From Proteobacteria bacterium UBA5680 (lineage in GTDB: Bacteria > Pseudomonadota > Gammaproteobacteria > Arenicellales > UBA5680), in NCBI GenBank assembly GCA_002420425.1, contig DIIC01000017.1:76052-140051 (forward strand): 64,000 bases of DNA. The letters are read 5' to 3'. This document shows positions 56,732-64,000 of the stretch, in pieces. Made by a program: the position numbers and the translations under genes. Every line of letters starts with the position of its first letter. The first letter of the stretch is position 1. The notes below the pieces were generated by a model. It ran no database searches and was not told the origin of the DNA. It was given only the letters and a program-made list of their open reading frames with translations.

Positions 56732-57646
56732 TTGGCAACTGTTGATACCCGTCCTGCCCCACTCAGCTGGGTTGGCGCCATGCCGGCGCTATTTGTTCTC
56801 TTGTGGAGCACCGGTTTTATTGGTGCAAAGCTGGGGCTCCCCTATGCAGAGCCCTTTACCTTTCTGCTGGTTCGATTTACCACTCTTGCCGTCATCCTGG
56901 TGCTGGCCAGTCTAATCCTCCGGGCACCGTGGCCAAAGAACCGGGCTGAGGTGTTCCACCTGATGGTTTCCGGTCTTCTGGTTCATGGGGTCTATCTCGG
57001 GGCCGTCTTCTACTCAATCAGTATTGGACTCTCCACCGGGATAACGGCCCTCATTGTGGGGATGCAACCCCTGCTGACCGCCCTTGTTGCCAGATCCTAC
57101 CTGGGAGAGCAGATAAGCCCAAAACAGTGGACTGGACTGATTCTTGGATTTTGTGGAATTGTTCTCGTGGTAACCCGAAAAATAGCCTTCAATTCACTTG
57201 AGGGTGTTGGCGTTGTTTCTGCCGCTATCGCCCTTGTTGGCATCACCCTTGGGGTGCTCTACCAGAAGAGGCACTGTAGTGGCATGGACCTGCGCAGTGG
57301 TTCTGCCATTCAGTTTATTCCCTGTGTCGGACTGATGGCGATTTTGGCATCACAATTTGAATCGATGGAGATCACCTGGACTGGGCAGTTTTTCTTCGCC
57401 CTGGTGTGGCTGGTTATGGTCCTCTCCCTGGGAGCAATAACACTGCTCTATATCCTCATCCACCGTGGTGCGGCCACACAAGTGGCCAGTCTCTTCTATC
57501 TGTTCCCTCCCGTTGTCGCCGTTCTTGGTTATTTTCTCTTTGGTGAAGAACTCGGATGGGTCGCCATTATTGGCATGTCAGTTGCTGTCCTTGGCGTAGC
57601 ACTGGTGACCAATGATGGCGAGAAGCAACCTCAATATAGTCGTTGA
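56732..57646 (+). CDS. DMT-superfamily (EamA-like) transporter
   Basis: 304 aa, about 10 TM, with two EamA-like halves. Confidence 0.75.
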   Translation: MATVDTRPAPLSWVGAMPALFVLLWSTGFIGAKLGLPYAEPFTFLLVRFTTLAVILVLASLILRAPWPKNRAEVFHLMVSGLLVHGVYLGAVFYSISIGLSTGITALIVGMQPLLTALVARSYLGEQISPKQWTGLILGFCGIVLVVTRKIAFNSLEGVGVVSAAIALVGITLGVLYQKRHCSGMDLRSGSAIQFIPCVGLMAILASQFESMEITWTGQFFFALVWLVMVLSLGAITLLYILIHRGAATQVASLFYLFPPVVAVLGYFLFGEELGWVAIIGMSVAVLGVALVTNDGEKQPQYSR

Positions 57647-57822
57647 GGGGCAATCCTCACTGAGCCCGGTCTGATACCTGTTTTCTGGTTGGCACTCAGA
57701 TATTGAAAAAGAGGCTAGGCTGGGTAAATACAGGATCCACAGGTGACTCGCAAGAGCATCAATTTATCTGGTCTTCAACTGAAGTCATCTTCCCGGGGCG
57801 CTATTTCATGGATTGAGATCCC

Positions 57823-60543
57823 TTAAGCTCCAACTCTTTCGATATCGGTAGCAACCACCTTGTACTCCGGGCAGAGCGTCTGGTGGTCAGCCACATCACT
57901 GGTCAGGTGGTTGACGTTTTTTTCCGGGAAATGAAATGTGGTGAAGAGAATTCCGGGCTTAATGGTTGATGAAACAGAGGCGGAGAGTTCTACCTCTCCA
58001 CGGGCCGATTTGAGCCTCACCCGATCACCTTCCTCAATGCCCCGACTCCTTGCATCTTCAGTGTTAATCAGGAGAGCATCCTCTCCCATGATCTCCACAT
58101 TATGGGTGCGGCGGGTCATGGTCCCTGAGTTGTAGTGGACCAGATCACGACTGGTGGTGAGGATGAACGGGTAGTGATCACTGTGTTCAACCAGTTCCAG
58201 GGTATCTTCAAAGTCGAAATGGCCGAGAATCCCCTTGCCGTGTTTGAAGGTTTCGGTATGAAGGATCCGGGTCTCTGAGCCATCGCTTTTTACCGGCCAC
58301 TGCTTGCCATAATCACCCAGCCCCTCCCAACTCACACCAGCCAGGAAGGGGACCACCCGGGAGATCTCCCCAAGGAGAACTGCCGGATCATAGTCGGGTT
58401 GTGGGTAGCCCATCTGATTCATGATATCGATGATGATCTGGCCATCGGGTTGAGATCCGGGAAGGGGATCGACGGAGGCATTGACTCGCTGAACTCGACG
58501 CTCTCCATTGGTGAATGTACCGCTCTTTTCGAAAGAGGAGGTGCCCGGCAGCACCACATCGGCTCGTTTGGCTGTCTCGGTCAGGAAAAGCTCCTGAACG
58601 ATTAGGAAATCAAGGTTGTCGACCGCTTTTTTAACCCGGTCCGTATTGGGTTCGGTCTGGATGATATCTTCGCCCATCACCCAGAGGGCTTTGAGTCGGT
58701 TGTCGAGGGCAGCCTCATACATCTGGGGTATTTTCAATCCCGGAGTGGCAGACAGCGGTGAGTGGTAGAAGGTCTCGTAGTGGGCCCTGTTCTCCTCGAC
58801 CGAGAGATCCAGGTAGCCGGCCCCCTGATGGGGCTGACAGCCCATGTCCGCAGCACCCTGAACGTTGTTCTGCCCCCGAAGCGGATTAACACCTGCCCCT
58901 TGTCGGCCGAGGTTGCCGGTGATCATGGCCAGGTTGGAGATCAGCCTCACAGTGGGTGTTCCCTGGCTGTGTTCGGTCACTCCAAGGCCGTGAAAGGACA
59001 TCGCCCTTTTTGCTCTGCCATAGGCATGAGCGGCCGCTTCAACCACACCGGCCGGAACACCGGTGATTTTGGCCAGCCGGTTGATATCAAGTTGTCGAAC
59101 GTTGTCGCCCAGCTCTTGATAACCATGACAACGGCGGGCAACAAAGTCATGATCGACCAGGTCAGCTTCAATAATGAAAAAGAGCATCATATTGAGCAGG
59201 GCGATGTTGGTTCCGGGGCGCAGTTGGAGATGGTGGTCAGCCAGTTGCGCCAGGCGCGTCTTTACCGGGTCAATGACAATCAGGATTTTGCCACCGAGAG
59301 CAGCCTGAAGGAGCTTGGCCCCGGTAACCGGATGGGCTGAAGTGGGGTTGGCGCCGACGACAAGCATACACTCGGTGTGTGCCAGATCCTCGATTGAGTT
59401 GGTAGCGGCACCGGTACCAAACGCTTGTTGCATCCCAAGGGCAGTAGGTGAGTGACAGACCCGTGCACAGCAGTCGATGTTGTTGGTCCCGATGACAGCA
59501 CGAAAGAATTTCTGCATCAGGTAGTTCTCTTCATTGGTACAGCGGGATGAGGAGATGCCGGCAATCGAATCAGGGCCGAACTCTTCTCTGATGTTGTTGA
59601 GTTTTGCCGCGATCAAGCTGATGGCCTCATCCCAGCTGCTCTCTACCAGTACGCCATTGTTGCGGATGAGAGGGGTCTGCAGACGGTCGGGGTGGTTATA
59701 AAAGCCAAAAGCAAAGCGGCCTTTAAGACAGGTGTGACCGAGGTTGACCGGACTGTCATGAGCGGCACGGATCGAGTGCACCTCATTGTTGACCACGCTG
59801 ACTTGAAGGTTGCATCCGACCCCGCAATAGGAGCAGACAGTGCGTACGCGCTTTTCAGCCTGCAGTGACTTGGAGTGAAAGCGATCATCGATAGCGGCGG
59901 TAGGGCATGTCTCGAGGCAGGCGCCACAAGAGACGCAGGTAGAGTCACCGAATGGGGCAAAATCATCGGCAATGACTCTGCTCTTAAAACCTCTCTCTCC
60001 CATGCCGAGAACAAATGCCCCCTGAATTTCATCGCAGGCCCTGATGCAGCGGGCGCAGTTGATGCATTTATCGGGGTTAAACCTGAGATAGGGGTGTGAG
60101 TGGTCTGCAGGCCGATCGAGATGGTGGGCCCCTGGCAGATAACGGACCTTGAGAATCCCTACTTCAGCAGCGACCTTCTGAAGTTCACAGTTGCCATTAA
60201 CACTGCAGGTGAGGCAGTCCATGGGGTGGTCGGTGAGGACGAGTTCGACGATGTTTTTTCTCAATCGATGGAGGGTGGGTGAGTGGGTATTGATTTTCTG
60301 TCCTGAGACAACCGGGGTATGACAGGCGGCAACCAGTCGTGGGTTGTCAGAGCCCTCCTGAGTGATCTCTACGGTACAGAGGCGGCATGCCCCATGGGGA
60401 GCAAGACGTGGGTCATCGCAGAGGGTGGGGATGGCGCGGAGACCGATCTCTCGTCGAGCGAGCTGCAGAATGGATTCACCCGGGGTAAACCGATGGGATC
60501 TTCCATTGAGTTCAACCGTTGATTCAACTGAGGGGTTGTTCAT
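57823..60543 (-). CDS. fdsA: NAD-linked formate dehydrogenase catalytic subunit (NuoG-like N-terminus plus Mo/W-bisPGD domain), Cys type
   Basis: 906 aa. An N-terminal 2Fe-2S cluster and several 4Fe-4S clusters (CRLCTVEI, CINCARCIRAC, CVSCGACLETCP). Active-site stretch NNIDCCARVCHSPT with Cys and no in-frame TGA. Confidence 0.85.
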   Translation of the reverse strand: MNNPSVESTVELNGRSHRFTPGESILQLARREIGLRAIPTLCDDPRLAPHGACRLCTVEITQEGSDNPRLVAACHTPVVSGQKINTHSPTLHRLRKNIVELVLTDHPMDCLTCSVNGNCELQKVAAEVGILKVRYLPGAHHLDRPADHSHPYLRFNPDKCINCARCIRACDEIQGAFVLGMGERGFKSRVIADDFAPFGDSTCVSCGACLETCPTAAIDDRFHSKSLQAEKRVRTVCSYCGVGCNLQVSVVNNEVHSIRAAHDSPVNLGHTCLKGRFAFGFYNHPDRLQTPLIRNNGVLVESSWDEAISLIAAKLNNIREEFGPDSIAGISSSRCTNEENYLMQKFFRAVIGTNNIDCCARVCHSPTALGMQQAFGTGAATNSIEDLAHTECMLVVGANPTSAHPVTGAKLLQAALGGKILIVIDPVKTRLAQLADHHLQLRPGTNIALLNMMLFFIIEADLVDHDFVARRCHGYQELGDNVRQLDINRLAKITGVPAGVVEAAAHAYGRAKRAMSFHGLGVTEHSQGTPTVRLISNLAMITGNLGRQGAGVNPLRGQNNVQGAADMGCQPHQGAGYLDLSVEENRAHYETFYHSPLSATPGLKIPQMYEAALDNRLKALWVMGEDIIQTEPNTDRVKKAVDNLDFLIVQELFLTETAKRADVVLPGTSSFEKSGTFTNGERRVQRVNASVDPLPGSQPDGQIIIDIMNQMGYPQPDYDPAVLLGEISRVVPFLAGVSWEGLGDYGKQWPVKSDGSETRILHTETFKHGKGILGHFDFEDTLELVEHSDHYPFILTTSRDLVHYNSGTMTRRTHNVEIMGEDALLINTEDARSRGIEEGDRVRLKSARGEVELSASVSSTIKPGILFTTFHFPEKNVNHLTSDVADHQTLCPEYKVVATDIERVGA

Positions 60544-62189
60544 CTCTCCCTCCCCTCGGTCCAGGGGAGTTCATCTGAGAACTGTTGAAGGATATTCCTT
60601 ATGGGGAGAGGGATCCCTCCACCAAGCCCGCAGAGTGAGCCCTGTTCCAGGGTAAGAAGCAGATCATCCAGGAGTTGAGGATTGAGAGGAGAGCCGTCGA
60701 GAGCGTGTTGAAACATCTCCTCACCCCGTTTTGAGCCAAGGCGGCAGGGAAAGCACTTTCCGCAGGACTCCTCAGCCACAAAACCAAAGAGGTGGTGGAT
60801 GAAGCGGTTCATCGGCATCGATTCGGGTATCGCGACAATACCGCCGTGACCAAGAACAAAACCATGCTCGGCAAAGGACTCAAAATCAAGGGTCAATGAA
60901 GTGGTTTGATCAGTTCTGATTACACCGCCCAATGGGCCGCCCACCTGTATCGCTTTGACAGGCTGGCTAAAGCCGTCACCCCATTGGTAGAGCAGATCAT
61001 CGAGGGGCGTACCCATCTCAACTTCAACAATACCCGGTTGATTGAAGAGGCTTGAGAGACTGATCAGTTTTGTCCCGGTTGATTGGGTGGAGCCCAGTCT
61101 GGCGTACTCTTCACCACTCGTTTCCAGGATAGCTGTGGTTGCTGCAAAGGTCTCTACATTGTTGACCACCGTGGGATAACCATAGAGCCCGCTCTGGGTC
61201 GGATAGGGAGGGCGAACGGCCACTTCTGGACGTCTCCCCTCAATAGAGGCGATCAGGGCTGTCTCCTCACCACAGATGTAGGCGCCGGCGCCGAGGATGA
61301 CTTTAATCTCAAAATCAAATTCACCTCCGTTGATCCCCTTGCCCAAAAGAGCGGCGGCTCTAAGGTCGCTGATCGCTTTTTGAAGCGTTGTGCTGGCGTG
61401 CGGGTACTCATCCCGCAGGTAGATGAGTCCGGTGGTGGCACCGATCACTCTCCCCGCGAGCATCATCCCTGTAAGCACTCGAAGAGGTTGTGACTCAAGC
61501 AGATAACGATCGGAGAAGGCCCCGGGGTCACCTTCGTCTGCATTGCAGATGATGAACTTCGTGGTGCTTTTAACCCTCATGCAGGATTCCCATTTGACCC
61601 CGGTTGGGAAGCCGGCACCGCCACAGCCACGCAGCTTTGAAGTCAGAATCTGATCAAGCAGATCATAGGGAGCTTGGGTTGTGATCCGGGTGATAAGCTC
61701 GGCTGTTTGTTCGATCGAAAGGGGTGTTGTGGTGAGCAGCGGCTCCTTTAAGTTAGAACGAACAAGCTCATCACTAATGGTGTTGGTGATTTCGGGCTCC
61801 CTAGAGGGGGCGGGGTCTCCTGAACAGGGTTGGCCCCGATCGAGATAGGCGTGGGCCGCGTAGCAGTGACCCAGGCAGGAGACTCGTTCTGTCACCTCTT
61901 TTCCATGACGTTTTTTGAGCGCTGCGAGGAGCCTGTTATCCGGGTCGGCACAGAGGCAGGCGGTTCCATTGCAGAGGGCAAGCTCTCTGGGGTCACCTGC
62001 CGAGTCGAGGTGGTCATAGAAGCTGAAACTGGCGGCAACCTGGGCCTCACCGATCTGATGCTCCTTCGCCAGTTTTTTTATCAGGCGCTCCCTGGAGGAG
62101 GCCGGGGATTTCTGATGGTGGTGAAAGGCTTCAAGAAGGGAGTGGTCAATTCCACGACGAGAGAGCAGTTTGCTGATATTGGATGACAT
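60540..62189 (-). CDS. fdsB: formate dehydrogenase diaphorase subunit (NuoF-like with N-terminal NuoE-like extension)
   Basis: 549 aa. Motifs LRGCGGAGFPTGVKWE, GAGAYICGEETALI and ESCGKCFPCRLG. ATGA overlap with fdsA. Confidence 0.8.
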   Translation of the reverse strand: MSSNISKLLSRRGIDHSLLEAFHHHQKSPASSRERLIKKLAKEHQIGEAQVAASFSFYDHLDSAGDPRELALCNGTACLCADPDNRLLAALKKRHGKEVTERVSCLGHCYAAHAYLDRGQPCSGDPAPSREPEITNTISDELVRSNLKEPLLTTTPLSIEQTAELITRITTQAPYDLLDQILTSKLRGCGGAGFPTGVKWESCMRVKSTTKFIICNADEGDPGAFSDRYLLESQPLRVLTGMMLAGRVIGATTGLIYLRDEYPHASTTLQKAISDLRAAALLGKGINGGEFDFEIKVILGAGAYICGEETALIASIEGRRPEVAVRPPYPTQSGLYGYPTVVNNVETFAATTAILETSGEEYARLGSTQSTGTKLISLSSLFNQPGIVEVEMGTPLDDLLYQWGDGFSQPVKAIQVGGPLGGVIRTDQTTSLTLDFESFAEHGFVLGHGGIVAIPESMPMNRFIHHLFGFVAEESCGKCFPCRLGSKRGEEMFQHALDGSPLNPQLLDDLLLTLEQGSLCGLGGGIPLPIRNILQQFSDELPWTEGRER

Positions 62190-62198
62190 CAGAATATT

Positions 62199-63188
62199 CT
62201 AATCCTCTATGCGTTCTCTGCCGCTGTAGATATTAAAACCTGAGCCGGAGAGAAAACCGATCAGGGTCATGCCGTGCTCTTTGGCCATGTCGATCGCCAG
62301 GGAGGTGGGAGCCCCAATAGAGGCCACAACCGGAATATCCGCCGCCAGCGCTTTTTGTATCAGCTCAAAGCCAGCACGACCACTCAAAAGGAGAATCAGG
62401 TTGTCAAATGATGCTCTTCCGGCAAGCAGTTCGCTCCCAATCACCTTGTCGACGGCATTGTGGCGGCCGATATCTTCTTGGAGTGAGATTAACGTCCCAT
62501 CCGGAGAGAAGAGCGCCGCCCCATGGAGACCCCCCGTCTGCTGGTAGTGTGGTTGATCAGAGGCAAGGCATTGTGGAAGGGAGCGCATGAGTTTGCTGCC
62601 TATCTTGGGGTGATCCGGGGTTAACTGGGGTTTATGGATTAACGAAAGGGCGTTAATCGATGTCTTGCCGCACACCCCGCAGCTAGAATTAGTATAAAAA
62701 TATCGTTGAAACCTTTTGTAATCAAAGGAAATATTAGGGTTAAGCGAGCATTGAATCGTATTTTTTAATTGATATTTCCCAACTGCGGGGTTCGGTGTTC
62801 TTATCTCATTGAGATCTTCCAGTGAGTGGATGATCCCTTCGGTAAAGAGAAAGCCGGTTGCCAGAGCCCTATCCTCACCGGGGGATCGCATGGTGATGCT
62901 GAGGGTGAAACTGGGGTCGGCCTCCCTGGCTCCGGACTCAGGGTTGAGGAGAACATTGATCTCAAGAGGCTCTTCAATAGCGACCAGATCGTCCCGAGAG
63001 GTGGTTTGGGAATCTCGACAGCCAACAATAGCCACTGTGGTGGCTAATGGAGGAGCGGTGTTATCCCCGGATCTCGGTACTGCACTCATAAACCTTTTGT
63101 TCAATGGGTGGCACTGTTGGGCAACAAGATAGCAGGGATCAGAGGGCTTGTCGTTACCTGAAACGACACTTCTTACATCGCATAACAA
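62199..63188 (-). CDS. fdhD: formate dehydrogenase accessory sulfurtransferase FdhD
   Basis: Contains NSSCGVCGKTSI, DIGRHNAVDK and LLLSGRAGFE. The ORF is 329 aa. The true start may be the internal MSAVPRSG (about 63089). Confidence 0.85.
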   Translation of the reverse strand: MLCDVRSVVSGNDKPSDPCYLVAQQCHPLNKRFMSAVPRSGDNTAPPLATTVAIVGCRDSQTTSRDDLVAIEEPLEINVLLNPESGAREADPSFTLSITMRSPGEDRALATGFLFTEGIIHSLEDLNEIRTPNPAVGKYQLKNTIQCSLNPNISFDYKRFQRYFYTNSSCGVCGKTSINALSLIHKPQLTPDHPKIGSKLMRSLPQCLASDQPHYQQTGGLHGAALFSPDGTLISLQEDIGRHNAVDKVIGSELLAGRASFDNLILLLSGRAGFELIQKALAADIPVVASIGAPTSLAIDMAKEHGMTLIGFLSGSGFNIYSGRERIED

Positions 63189-63234
63189 GGCGTGTCCGGA
63201 GCAGTTTCACAACCACAATGAGCCTGAACTGTCA

Positions 63235-64000
63235 TCAAAATCGTTGGGGACGGTAGGGAGTGAGATCGATAACAGGCTTCTCGCCAAAGATCGACTGGGT
63301 TACAAGCCTGGCTGTAATGGCCGCCAGGGTTACTCCCAGATGTTGATGTCCAAAGGCATACCATACTGCACGGTGGTGCCGTGCCTGGCCAATCACTGGG
63401 AGTGAGTCAGGCAGGGTCGGTCGTCTTCCCATCCACTCCTCATAGCCTTCAAGATTAATTCCCGGGAGAAGCTTTGGAGCAAGATTAACAAGGCTCTCAA
63501 TACGACCTGCTGTGGGGGGCGAATCGTCAGTGGTGAGTTCACTTGTCCCCGCAAGGCGAAGGCCTTCACTCATCGGAGTGGCGACCACTTTATAGTCTGC
63601 AAACAAGACGGGAAGGGAGAGATCAATGCCAGGCCCCGGAATCATGATGTGGTACCCCCTCTCTGCTATTAGTGGAACAGGGTCTCCGAGCTCTTTGGTA
63701 AAGGCAGCCGAGTCAGCACCGGCCGCTATGATCACCCTGTCAGCGGAATAGCTTCCATCATCGGTGTGGACAAGTGCTGAATGATCTTCTCCAGTGATGG
63801 AGAGAACCCGGCGGTTTACGATCTCACCCCCCAGCTCAGAGACCTCATCAACCATCGCTTTAACAACCTCGTAGGGACTTGAGAACCAGTTGGGCCGGTT
63901 AAAATGGACGCCATGGCAAAAACCCGGGTCAACTGAATCCGCCATCTCCCTGATAGCCTGTCGATCAAGATCAGAAACCAGGATCCCGTGTGCGCGTTGC
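63235..64000 (-). CDS. FAD-dependent oxidoreductase (DadA-like), C-terminal part; 5' end lies outside the window
   Basis: The reading frame stays open through 64000 (..QRAHGILVSDLDRQAIREMADSVDPGF..). The C-terminus reads WYAFGHQHLGVTLAAITARLV. Confidence 0.6.
   Translation of the reverse strand, partial: QRAHGILVSDLDRQAIREMADSVDPGFCHGVHFNRPNWFSSPYEVVKAMVDEVSELGGEIVNRRVLSITGEDHSALVHTDDGSYSADRVIIAAGADSAAFTKELGDPVPLIAERGYHIMIPGPGIDLSLPVLFADYKVVATPMSEGLRLAGTSELTTDDSPPTAGRIESLVNLAPKLLPGINLEGYEEWMGRRPTLPDSLPVIGQARHHRAVWYAFGHQHLGVTLAAITARLVTQSIFGEKPVIDLTPYRPQRF

Noticed and set aside
59400-59480. Selenocysteine (in-frame TGA plus SECIS) in the formate dehydrogenase catalytic subunit.
   Set aside because: The ORF is uninterrupted. 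The metal-ligand position reads Cys (CARVCHSPT).

Overview
This is a densely coding 64-kb chromosomal segment that looks gammaproteobacterial, based on the infC-rpmI-rplT-pheS-pheT-ihfA-merR-tRNA-Pro synteny. GC is roughly 50% by eye. I see no transposase, integrase, phage, CRISPR or rRNA signal.

Gene content in order:
- the housekeeping block listed above
- a TauE-type permease followed by modABC
- a MarR regulator
- a secreted vWA protein with a peptidoglycan-binding domain
- the Gram-negative dedicated sortase with its single VIT-vWA substrate
- tupABC-moeA (tungstate uptake and metal insertion)
- an AT-richer islet of four small orphan ORFs
- a canonical PFOR (nifJ) with a DHOD-like partner
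- a cluster of about 8 kb combining a split phenylphosphate-synthase-like kinase, a UbiD/UbiX prFMN (de)carboxylase, a HAD phosphatase-like protein, two PNPOx-like proteins and a PaaK-type CoA ligase
- a tungsten-type aldehyde:ferredoxin oxidoreductase fused to a MoaD/ThiS domain that ends in Gly-Gly
- a Lol-like ABC / LolA-like / outer-membrane barrel / deacetylase operon
- an rnf operon of B|CDGEA order, interrupted by a 1647-aa PFOR-like gene carrying a linker-tethered ferredoxin, with apbE divergent and a Cys-rich mini-protein at the 3' end
- an NAD-type formate dehydrogenase (fdsB-fdsA) with fdhD

The two best candidates for undescribed biology are the Rnf-embedded giant oxidoreductase module (44990-56700) and the kinase/UbiD/UbiX/CoA-ligase cluster (26326-34513). 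All calls rest on motif reading and remembered family architecture. No searches were run.
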